Positions 9,912 to 18,573 of a DNA stretch of 63,186 nt are shown here, piece by piece. A model generated the notes under the pieces. The model did not search any database. It was not told the origin of the DNA and was given only the letters and a program-made list of their open reading frames with translations. Origin of the DNA: Gemmatimonadaceae bacterium (lineage in GTDB: Bacteria > Gemmatimonadota > Gemmatimonadetes > Gemmatimonadales > Gemmatimonadaceae). The DNA lies in assembly GCA_031379145.1 (NCBI GenBank), contig JANNEV010000711.1:1-63186 (forward strand), written 5' to 3'. A program made the translations under genes and the position numbers. Positions within the stretch are counted from its first letter, which is position 1. The number at the start of each line of letters is the position of its first letter.

Positions 9912-10525
9912 CAGCTGCGCACTCCGCGCGACTCGGTCCGTCTGTGCGCCGCGCCTTCTGCGGGCGTGGGACTGTCCGGCCGAGCGCGGCGCAGTTCCTC
10001 CACGATCGCACGGGTGATGTCAATCGTGTCGTCCGCGTCGATTTCCAGCCCTTCGGTGGAGCGGTCGATCACCAGCTGGTAGCCTTGACGGACGCGCACT
10101 GTGCGAACGGCCTCACGGATGCGAAGCAGGAGCGGTCCGCGCAACTCGTTCAATCGCTGCTGCACGACGCTATCAAGATTCTCCAACATCTGTTCGACCA
10201 GCAATTCACGCGCACGGAGGTTCAGTTTGCCGGCTTCGCGCTCACGTGGTGTCAAGCGTTCTTCCGCCTGCACCAGAGCATCGAGCGCGAGTCTCAACGA
10301 ATCCGACGCGGCGCTCACCATGGTGCGAGCCTTGGCCTGCTCGAGTGCGAATTCCGATTCCACGGCGCTGCGTTCCGGCATGGAATCGAAGACCATGCGC
10401 GAATCGAAGATCGCAATGCGCGTGGCGGGCGCGCGCACCGGGCGCGTCTTGCCTTGCGCCGACGCCGTTGCCGGAAGCACGAATGCGAACACGAACGGGA
10501 TCATGTTGCGGACGTAGATCGGCAT
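9911..10525 (-). CDS. OmpH/Skp-family periplasmic chaperone
   Basis: Signal peptide, RIAIFDSRMVFDSMPE, long coiled coil, GYQLVIDR...DITRAIVEEL. Start overlaps the upstream stop (TGATG). Confidence 0.8.
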   Translation of the reverse strand: MPIYVRNMIPFVFAFVLPATASAQGKTRPVRAPATRIAIFDSRMVFDSMPERSAVESEFALEQAKARTMVSAASDSLRLALDALVQAEERLTPREREAGKLNLRARELLVEQMLENLDSVVQQRLNELRGPLLLRIREAVRTVRVRQGYQLVIDRSTEGLEIDADDTIDITRAIVEELRRARPDSPTPAEGAAHRRTESRGVRS

Positions 10526-11073
10526 CAGAACCTCGCTCCGATGAGGAGCGGCATGAAGGTCATCCACTGCTCACGCGTTCGAGCGGGCTTGCGCACCGCA
10601 TGCAGGCGCAGTTCGACGAAGAAATCCCGGGAGCCGAGGGCGATGATCTCCCCGACGCCGATGTTCACCCCGGGCGCCTGGCGATCGGCGAAGGTATCGT
10701 TCGGGCCATCGCGCCAGTACCAGCCCGCGCCAGCGATACCGTAGAGGTCGAGCTTGCGCTCATGGCGCCGCGTGGTGACGTTGGCCACGACCGCGAACAG
10801 ACGTGAGTCCTGAGATGCGACGGCAGGTCGTGCGTCGCGAAACTGCGCGTACATCCCTTCGAACGTGAACCCGACGGGGAATCGCGGCGCTCGCATCCAG
10901 AGCGCGCCCTTGAGAGCAACGCCTTCGTTGACCCCGCTACCGAACGCACCGGTGGGAATGGCCGGACCGAGCGCGACCGACGGCGCGACCGACCATTGCC
11001 CGTGCGCAGGCCGGGCACTGATGCACGAAACCGCGAACATCAACGCGCTGGCGAGCAGACTTCTGGAACGCAT
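10525..11073 (-). CDS. Small outer-membrane beta-barrel protein
   Basis: Signal peptide (AHG/QW), amphipathic strands (LYGIAGAGWY, FFVELRLH), C-terminal LLIGARF BAM-type signature. Confidence 0.75.
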   Translation of the reverse strand: MRSRSLLASALMFAVSCISARPAHGQWSVAPSVALGPAIPTGAFGSGVNEGVALKGALWMRAPRFPVGFTFEGMYAQFRDARPAVASQDSRLFAVVANVTTRRHERKLDLYGIAGAGWYWRDGPNDTFADRQAPGVNIGVGEIIALGSRDFFVELRLHAVRKPARTREQWMTFMPLLIGARF

Positions 11074-11161
11074 GCGACTCCCTCGTGAATGAGTGGTGCG
11101 CACCGCCTCGCCCGTGTGCGAGGCACACGGCGGCGATGCGCTTTGAGCGATGCAGGACCCG

Positions 11162-12109
11162 TTACGGCGACCGCGGTGGTAGCGGCGCCAGTGGACGCTC
11201 GATGCGCCTCGGGGTGGGCAGCGTGCTGCTCGGTGCGCTCAGGGATGCGGATCCGCCGGAGGGTGCCGAACGCGCACCGGACAGATCGCCGTTCGTATCC
11301 GCGTTCAGGAGCATCGGCGTCTTGCCATCCGTGACGATCACCTTGGCATTGGGGCTCCGCGCCAACTCGCGGAACGCTTCGATGGACTGATACGAGATGA
11401 TCGACGGTGTCAGCCCCTGGGCGATGATGGCCCAGGCATCACGGATACCGGTGGCCTCAATGGTGCGACGCTCCGCTTCCTGCTTCTCTCGATCGAGCAC
11501 GAACCGCATCTGCTCCGAGCGTTGCTCCGCCTCGAGCTTTTCCTCGATGGACCGCGCAAGATCCGCGGGGAGTCGAATGCTCTTGAGCAGAACGTTCTCC
11601 ACCTCGAATCCGCGCGACTCGAGCACGGACATCATCTGCGTCTTGATCGCGGTTTCGATACCGGCACGCGTGCCGGAGTGCAGATCCTTCGCCATGTAAC
11701 GAGCGGAGACGTCGGCGGCCGCTGAGCGGAAGACCGGGATGATGACGTCGTCTTCGTAGCGGAGGCCACTCTTTTCGAGGATGCGCGCGACTTGCTCGGG
11801 GCGAGCACGATAGAGAATCGATACTTCCGCCGAGACGTTGAGCCCCTCGCGCGTGGGCATCTCGAGTCGGACTTCACGATTCACCACGCGCGACGGCACG
11901 CGCAGCACGGAATTGACACCGGGAATCACGAACTGCGCTCCCGGCTGCAACGGACCGCTGGACACGCGACCGAATCGCGTCTTGACACCAATCTCATCCT
12001 GACGAATGGTGGCGCATGCGCCAATCGGCAGCAGCAGAAGCAGGTGGATGGAGGGATGCAGGCGGCGGCGCGCGGCGATGCGCGAGGGGGCTTGCCAAGT
12101 CACAGACAT
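11162..12109 (-). CDS. SPFH/prohibitin-family protein, possibly a lipoprotein
   Basis: IGAC lipobox-like motif, GVKTRFGRV, PTREGLNVSAEVSILY, VENVLLKSIRLP, EKQEAERRTIEATGIRD. Confidence 0.9.
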   Translation of the reverse strand: MSVTWQAPSRIAARRRLHPSIHLLLLLPIGACATIRQDEIGVKTRFGRVSSGPLQPGAQFVIPGVNSVLRVPSRVVNREVRLEMPTREGLNVSAEVSILYRARPEQVARILEKSGLRYEDDVIIPVFRSAAADVSARYMAKDLHSGTRAGIETAIKTQMMSVLESRGFEVENVLLKSIRLPADLARSIEEKLEAEQRSEQMRFVLDREKQEAERRTIEATGIRDAWAIIAQGLTPSIISYQSIEAFRELARSPNAKVIVTDGKTPMLLNADTNGDLSGARSAPSGGSASLSAPSSTLPTPRRIERPLAPLPPRSP

Positions 12110-12411
12110 GAGATGCTCACGTCAGATGGTGGCGCGAAGCGCGAGCAGCTTCGCAGGACCACCGCACGGTTGTGCGGTGGTTGCGAAGGTCTCGCGCAGT
12201 CTGACTGTCCATACCGGAGTCAGAGCCCGGCCAATCCGTGCGCACTCGCGAGCGCAGTCTTGACGAATTGGTCGCACGGGACACAGCCCGCGGTGCTACT
12301 CCCCTTCTGATTGCAAGCTACGAATGCGCCCGTACGGAACCAGTCACCCAGACATCGATTCTTTCGATGGACTCGATAGATCCGCTCGCGTGACCCGGGA
12401 CATCTGCCGTG

Positions 12412-13536
12412 TCAGCGAACGGTGGTACAGATGGAATTGACCACGAAGTTGGCTTGCACCCGCGCCGCGGAGCTGCCCACAATTCCAACGGCGGCCGAGT
12501 ACCCACGGAGGCCAGCCAGAATGATCGCGTTGCCGGAGGTCCCGTCGAGCGCGAGGTTGGGGTTGATCAATGTGCGTGTGGTTTGGGGAACATCTGACTT
12601 GCAGCCGAACAGCAGCGGTGCCGTCGCTGCGCCAATGAAACTGGTCTGCAGCTCTTGCCTGCCGTCGCTAAAGGCAACGAGGACAACAAGCTCGAGACTC
12701 GTGGTGGCCCCTCCCAGTACTGCCAGGGCAATCATGCTGGCGTTGAACGTGAACGCCACCGAGACAGTCAGCGCTTCGTAGCCCTTGGGCCAGGCGACGC
12801 TCCGACCAATCGTCATGGCAACGCTTCCCCCGCCACCCGCCAACACCGGGGCGAAGGACATGGTGTCGATGAAACCGGAGCCGGACTGAGTATCCACACC
12901 GCCGCGGTTGGTGATGACAGCCACGCCGTCGCGCGATGAACTGGAACTCGAGTTCTGGTACGGCGCGCTGAGGCAGAGCGACCGAACCGGCGGCTTATCG
13001 TCCAGTGCTTGTCGGACGGTGCCCACGTCCTCAGTCGCCGGCGGTGGCGCAGCGGGAGTGTCCGCCGTGTCGACGCCATCGACGTAGGTGAGTCCGAGCC
13101 TCGAGGCGGTTCCCCGCCACGTCGACCACGGCTGTGGCTTTCCGCCGAGCACGCTGGGCAGCCAGTGCTGCTCGAACCCGGAGAGCGGCAGGTTGAGCTG
13201 CGAGTAGATGTCCGCCAGTCCAGCGGCGGATTCATTGTTGAAGGCCTTCATCCACAGCGGACGCAGCTCTTTCCAGACCTCTCGGTTCGTGATCGCGCTA
13301 TCGGCCTGGGCCTGCACGCCTTTGCCCCAGCGGTCGCTCGCATCATCAACCAGGGCAACGTGTGCCTTGAGCCAGTCATTCGAGCGCGCTTCAACCTCCA
13401 GCGCGTTCGCATTGCGCTCGCGCCACTGGGTCAGGGCATTCATTCCTTCCATGAAGCGTTGCAGTCGCGCATCCGACGAGGTAGCCAAGGCGCGATCAAG
13501 ACGCTCGTCGTTGAAATTGCCGGTGGGATTCGTCAT
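12412..13536 (-). CDS. Hypothetical orphan protein (about 374 aa)
   Basis: Long ORF with natural composition; AGGA-like SD (gaggaa) before ATG 13536; no family recognised. Confidence 0.7.
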   Translation of the reverse strand: MTNPTGNFNDERLDRALATSSDARLQRFMEGMNALTQWRERNANALEVEARSNDWLKAHVALVDDASDRWGKGVQAQADSAITNREVWKELRPLWMKAFNNESAAGLADIYSQLNLPLSGFEQHWLPSVLGGKPQPWSTWRGTASRLGLTYVDGVDTADTPAAPPPATEDVGTVRQALDDKPPVRSLCLSAPYQNSSSSSSRDGVAVITNRGGVDTQSGSGFIDTMSFAPVLAGGGGSVAMTIGRSVAWPKGYEALTVSVAFTFNASMIALAVLGGATTSLELVVLVAFSDGRQELQTSFIGAATAPLLFGCKSDVPQTTRTLINPNLALDGTSGNAIILAGLRGYSAAVGIVGSSAARVQANFVVNSICTTVR

Positions 13537-13618
13537 GGGGAGAGTTCCTCGCAGTGATCGGGTGGGTGTGTCGCACGCTCGATGTCCATCGAGCGGACCA
13601 CCAATTTTCGGCACACTG

Positions 13619-13673
13619 CTCAACTCGACCTCAACTCGACCTCAACCGCTCCTCAACCGGAAGTCAACGAGCC
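13619..13673. repeat. Five 11-bp direct repeats with a TCAAC core upstream of the orphan gene
   Basis: TCAAC at 13620, 13631, 13642, 13653 and 13664. Confidence 0.8.
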
Positions 13674-13715
13674 GCTGCACACATCGTCGCAGACGACTGA
13701 TGACAAGGTTGTGCT

Positions 13716-15830
13716 CTAGTGCCCGATGGCCCCAAACCGGAACAGGCTCCATGGCCAAACGGGCGCACCAGGCTCTGTACCGTCGAGATACCACTCGGTG
13801 TATCGGCGGTCCGGCGGTGTGAGTGCGTCGGCGGGCTTTCCCGTCGCGCGGTCAAGCTCGACCCCGACGAGGCCAGGAGGGGGTGGCCAGGCTCCGCTGC
13901 CACGCGGACCATAGGCTGCGGCGATAATCCGTCCCGCGATTGGCGCGGCGAGCGTGCCGCCAACAGCTCCCGGCGAGATCATGGCCGGTTTGTCGAACCC
14001 AATCCAGACTCCGGCGACCAATTCCGGCGTCATGCCAACGAACCACACATCCGTATTGTCGTTGGTCGTGCCGGTCTTACCTGCCACCGGAATGCGCGCC
14101 GGCACCAGGCGGCGAAGCGCCGTCGCCGTACCTCGCGACACCACATCCTGCATCATATCGCGCACGATGAACGCCACGCGCGGATCGATCGCGACACGAG
14201 GCGTTGTGGGCGACGTGGTGTACGCGACGCGTCCGGTCCTTTCTTCAATACGCGCAATGAATCGAGGCTCCACCGCCAGTCCGCCATTGTCGAACGTCGC
14301 GTACGCGGCCACGAAGTCGAGCGGTTGTACGACCGAGGCGCCAAGGGCACTCGATGGATACGGCGCGATCGCGCTCCGCAAGCCGGCGCGTCTGGCCAAG
14401 GCGATCACGGAGTCCATACCGACTGCGAGGGCCAGCTGCACCGCCACTGGATTCCGCGATCGCGTCAGCGCCTCGCGCATCGTCAACATGCCCAGGAACT
14501 CGTTGTCGGCGTTGTCTGGACTATAAAGCTGGCCATTCTCCAACCGGAGCCGTAGCGCGGTATCGGCCACGGCACTGGTGGCCGTCATCCCTTCGGCGAG
14601 CGCTTGTGCATAGACGAAGGCTTTGAACGCCGAGCCCGGCTGACGATTCCCATCGACCGCCCGGTTGAAGGACGACCGCGCGAAATCGCGCCCGCCCACG
14701 AGTGCGCGCACATCGCCCGTGGAGGGATCGAGCACGACCGCCGCGCCTTCGAGGCATGCCTGCACTTTCGCCGCACCCTTCGTGGAGTGGGCGCTGTCGG
14801 TGCGAAGGGTCTTGGCGCAGGCGTTACCACGGAATCCGGGTCGGGTCTCGATCTCGTCGAGGCCCTCCGACACCGCGCTTTGCGTGGCCAGCTGCAGCGC
14901 CGCGTCGATGGTCGTGTGGATGCGGTAGCCTCCCTGCATGACTGGAATACCAGCGCGTTCCGCCTGCACGCGTACCACATCGGTGACCCATGGCGCCGGA
15001 AGGCTTGCAACGGCCGTTGTCTGCACGGGTTCGCGCTGAGCTGAGGCGGCCTGCGCGGCGGTGACGAAGCCCTGCTCAGCCATGAGGGCCAGCACCGTGT
15101 TGCGCCGACCCCGGTTTCGATCCGGAAATCGCCCGGGATCGTACTGCACGGGGCTCTTCGGCATGGCCGCCAGCGACGCAGCTTCGGCGAGCGTGAGGTC
15201 GGCCGCGCCCTTACCGAAGTACTGACGCGAAGCCATTTCGATGCCAAACGCGCCGCGACCAAACGATATCTGATTCAGGAATGCTTCAAGGATTTGCTCC
15301 TTGTTATAGCGCTTCTCCATTTCGCGGGCGGCCTGTTGCTCTCGGAGCTTGCGCACCGGCGAGCGGTCGCGCCGATCAATGAGGTCGGGATGCATGTTGC
15401 CGACCAGGAGTTGGGTAATCGTACTTGCTCCCCGCAGGTTGCCCTTGGTCACCGCATCCTTGAGGGCGCCGGCGACTCCCACCAGATCGACACCATCGTG
15501 CTGATAGAAGCGCTTGTCCTCGACGGCGATGAACGCCTGTCCGACAAACTTCGGAAGCGCCCGGATGGGCACGCTCAGCCGTCGTTCCCGGCCCATTTGT
15601 CCGATGAGCGTGCCGTCCCGCGCCAGAACCAACGTGGCCTGCGCGGGGACGATGATACGCCAAGCCTCGCCCGTGCCAACCGGGACGGGCGCGACCGGGA
15701 CGGGCGTGACCGCCACCTGTGCAAACGCCGGAGCGTTTGGGAAGAGCAGCACAGCCAGGGTGACCGCAACCGGTCGCGCCCATCGGTCGAGTGTACGCAG
15801 CCGGTGGTGAAGAGAGAGGATTGGGCGCAT
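13716..15830 (-). CDS. Class A penicillin-binding protein (PBP1A family transglycosylase/transpeptidase)
   Basis: EDKRFYQHDG, GASTITQL, RKLRE; SxxK (GSAFK), SRN and KTGT motifs. Confidence 0.93.
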   Translation of the reverse strand: MRPILSLHHRLRTLDRWARPVAVTLAVLLFPNAPAFAQVAVTPVPVAPVPVGTGEAWRIIVPAQATLVLARDGTLIGQMGRERRLSVPIRALPKFVGQAFIAVEDKRFYQHDGVDLVGVAGALKDAVTKGNLRGASTITQLLVGNMHPDLIDRRDRSPVRKLREQQAAREMEKRYNKEQILEAFLNQISFGRGAFGIEMASRQYFGKGAADLTLAEAASLAAMPKSPVQYDPGRFPDRNRGRRNTVLALMAEQGFVTAAQAASAQREPVQTTAVASLPAPWVTDVVRVQAERAGIPVMQGGYRIHTTIDAALQLATQSAVSEGLDEIETRPGFRGNACAKTLRTDSAHSTKGAAKVQACLEGAAVVLDPSTGDVRALVGGRDFARSSFNRAVDGNRQPGSAFKAFVYAQALAEGMTATSAVADTALRLRLENGQLYSPDNADNEFLGMLTMREALTRSRNPVAVQLALAVGMDSVIALARRAGLRSAIAPYPSSALGASVVQPLDFVAAYATFDNGGLAVEPRFIARIEERTGRVAYTTSPTTPRVAIDPRVAFIVRDMMQDVVSRGTATALRRLVPARIPVAGKTGTTNDNTDVWFVGMTPELVAGVWIGFDKPAMISPGAVGGTLAAPIAGRIIAAAYGPRGSGAWPPPPGLVGVELDRATGKPADALTPPDRRYTEWYLDGTEPGAPVWPWSLFRFGAIGH

Positions 15831-15894
15831 GTCCATGAAAATACGTACCCCCGCATCAGTTGATCGGCCGTGGCCTCTGTCACAGCTTCCACTG

Positions 15895-17820
15895 ATGCCC
15901 GCTGAACCGATCCGCCCACTGACTCTGGCCATCTGCCAGTTCGCCCCGAAAAAGGGTGACACGGCCGCCAACCTCTCTCGCGTCGGTGCGCTTTGCGCTC
16001 AGGCGGCAACGCTCGATCCGCGACCGCAAGTCGTGCACTTTCCCGAGACGGCATTGTCCGGGTATTTCGTGGAGGGAGGTGTGCGCGAGGTGGCGTGCAC
16101 GGCAGGCGCGCTCGCCTACGACATTGACGATGCGTATCGTACGGCCTGTGCCGCCTCGAACATTCGCTGCGTGCCGGTGGACATCGTGCTCGGCTTCTAT
16201 GAGCGGTGGCGTGAGACCCTGTACAACAGCATCGCGTACCTGACGATCGGCCTGGACGATGGTCCGCCGGTGTTGCGGCACGTACATCGGAAGAACTTCC
16301 TGCCGACCTATGGCCTGTTTGACGAAGAACGGTTCGTCGAGCGAGGCACGGAGATTCGTGCGTTCGAGACGCCGTGGGGACGGGCGGCACTGTTGGTGTG
16401 CGAGGACGCCTGGCATTCGGTATCCGGCACCATTGCGGCGCTGGACGGAGCGCAAGTGGTGTTCGTCTCAGCGGCAGCGCCGGCTCGCGGACTCTGGCCA
16501 CGCGACGATGGCATTCCGGGACCGTATAGTGCCGCGCGCTGGGAGCGTGTCATGCGCGACCTTGCCGAGGAACATGGCATGTACGCCAGCCTTTCCAACC
16601 TCGTCGGCACGGAAGGAGGGAAACGGTTCTTTGGCAGCTCGCTGCTGGTAGGACCCGGTGGTGACGTACGGGGAAGAGCGCCAGTGTGGGATGAGAGCTT
16701 TGTGTCCGTCACGCTCGACCTCGATGACCTGGTGCGGGCGCGCGCTGACGCGCCGCTCCTGGGTGATCTGCGAGTGGCGCTCCCCCATTTGCTGGACACG
16801 GTGCGTCGTGTTCAGGATGGCGTGCCGACCGCACTGCTCTACGATGGCGCCGAACCAGCGGCCGCAGACCTGCTCTTCAGCGGGCGTGGATTCAGCACCG
16901 GCGAGTTTCAGGTACCCGTCGAGGCAATGGCGAAGGCCAACCATATTGCCCGTTTGGTCCCGGACGCGCTGCCGGTGGTGCGTCATGGCATGGGTGAGCA
17001 CGGTGGTCCTCCGTCGCTGCGAATTGACGCGACGATGACCGAGGAATGGCTGGTGGGCTTTCTGCGCGAAGAGATGACGCGTCGGGGATTCGGTCGTGCG
17101 GTGGTGGGTCTGTCCGGCGGCGTGGACTCCGCTGTGACGGCGGCACTCGCCGTACGAGCGCTCGGCGCGCACAACGTGGTCGGCGTGCGTCTGCCGTACC
17201 GGACGTCAAGCGCCGAATCGCTCGAGCATGCACAGCTCGTGATTGACGCGCTTGGCATCGAGTCACGTACGCTCGATATCTCCGCCGCGGTTGACGGATA
17301 CCTTGGCCACGAGCCGGACGCTGACGGGGGACGCCGAGGCAATGTCATGGCGCGCACGCGCATGATCGCGCTGTTCGACCTCTCCGCCAGATACGGGGCC
17401 CTTCCGCTGGGAACCGGCAACAAGACCGAACGACTCTTCGGCTACTTCACCTGGCATGCGGACGATTCACCGCCGCTCAACCCAATTGGCGATCTTTACA
17501 AGACGCAGGTCTGGGAGCTCGCTCGTCACTTGGGCGTACCGGACGTGATCGTCAGCAAGCCCGCCACCGCAGACTTGATTGTGGGACAAACCGACGAGGC
17601 AGATCTGGGCATCAGCTACGGGCGCGCCGACGACATCCTCAACGGGCTACTCCACGGCTTCACCCACGAGGCCATGCGCGCGCGCGGGTTTCAGCCGGAT
17701 GAGCTGGCGCTTGTTCAGCGCCGCCTAAGCGGAACGCACTGGAAACGCCGACAGCCGTCCACCGCGATGGTCAGTCATTCCGGGATCGGCGAATCGTATC
17801 TGCGCCCTGTCGACTACTGA
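15895..17820 (+). CDS. nadE: Glutamine-dependent NAD+ synthetase
   Basis: Nitrilase-fold triad FPET / RKNFLPTY / VCED, fused to a synthetase domain with GLSGGVDS, GNVMARTRM, GTGNKTE, PIGDLYKTQV. Confidence 0.95.
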   Translation: MPAEPIRPLTLAICQFAPKKGDTAANLSRVGALCAQAATLDPRPQVVHFPETALSGYFVEGGVREVACTAGALAYDIDDAYRTACAASNIRCVPVDIVLGFYERWRETLYNSIAYLTIGLDDGPPVLRHVHRKNFLPTYGLFDEERFVERGTEIRAFETPWGRAALLVCEDAWHSVSGTIAALDGAQVVFVSAAAPARGLWPRDDGIPGPYSAARWERVMRDLAEEHGMYASLSNLVGTEGGKRFFGSSLLVGPGGDVRGRAPVWDESFVSVTLDLDDLVRARADAPLLGDLRVALPHLLDTVRRVQDGVPTALLYDGAEPAAADLLFSGRGFSTGEFQVPVEAMAKANHIARLVPDALPVVRHGMGEHGGPPSLRIDATMTEEWLVGFLREEMTRRGFGRAVVGLSGGVDSAVTAALAVRALGAHNVVGVRLPYRTSSAESLEHAQLVIDALGIESRTLDISAAVDGYLGHEPDADGGRRGNVMARTRMIALFDLSARYGALPLGTGNKTERLFGYFTWHADDSPPLNPIGDLYKTQVWELARHLGVPDVIVSKPATADLIVGQTDEADLGISYGRADDILNGLLHGFTHEAMRARGFQPDELALVQRRLSGTHWKRRQPSTAMVSHSGIGESYLRPVDY

Positions 17821-17833
17821 TTCCGGCAGCGTC

Positions 17834-18430
17834 GTGCAGGACTTTGTGTTGTACCTGCAATTGGGATTGCGTCACATCGCGGATTTGTCGGGGTACGATC
17901 ACATCCTGTTCATCGCCGCGTTGTCCATTCCTTACTCGTTTGCCGATTGGCGGCGCCTGTTGTGGTTGGTGACCGCGTTTACCGTGGGTCACAGCATCAC
18001 GCTCGTGCTTGCCACGCTCCAGCTCGTGACGATCGCACCGACGGTCGTGGAGATGCTCATTCCGCTCACCATCCTCGGCGCGGCGGCCCTCGCCGTGGTG
18101 GAGCAGCGGCGGGCAAGTTCACGACAAGATGGCGCGGTGCCGCGTGTCCGATTCGTGCTGGCGGCGGTGTTCGGGTTGATTCACGGGCTCGGCTTTTCCG
18201 GGTATCTGCGCTCGCTGTTGGGCGAGGAGGAGCGAATGGCGATCCCGTTGCTTGGTTTCAATGTGGGCCTTGAGATAGGGCAACTGGCCATCCTGTCCAC
18301 GCTGTTGGTGGCCGGCACCGTGGCCGTTCGCCTGTCGGTCGCTCAGCGGCACTGGTCACAGTTCGTAACGGTCATCACCGGCGGATTCGGGCTCTTTCTG
18401 TTCTTGCAGCGTATCGGAATCGCGCGCTAG
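17834..18430 (+). CDS. HupE/UreJ-family membrane protein
   Basis: GLRHI...GYDHILF, TAFTVGHSITL, FGLIHGLGF, GFNVGLEIGQ. Confidence 0.9.
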   Translation: MQDFVLYLQLGLRHIADLSGYDHILFIAALSIPYSFADWRRLLWLVTAFTVGHSITLVLATLQLVTIAPTVVEMLIPLTILGAAALAVVEQRRASSRQDGAVPRVRFVLAAVFGLIHGLGFSGYLRSLLGEEERMAIPLLGFNVGLEIGQLAILSTLLVAGTVAVRLSVAQRHWSQFVTVITGGFGLFLFLQRIGIAR

Positions 18431-18573
18431 GGCGAGTCTGGCGCGGGTTTGCTTTCCTCCTGTTGTGTTTGGCGTTTTGATTCAGGCACGCGTCGTGCTT
18501 GTCCCTCCGATCAGAGAAGATCCACGTGAAGATCTGGGTGAAGGTCACCGGAAAGTTCAACGGGAAGTTCATC

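Noticed and set aside
13619-13673. Short repeat arrays as CRISPR or iterons
   Set aside because: Units are 11-15 bp with no unique 30-40-nt spacers, and no cas or rep gene is present.
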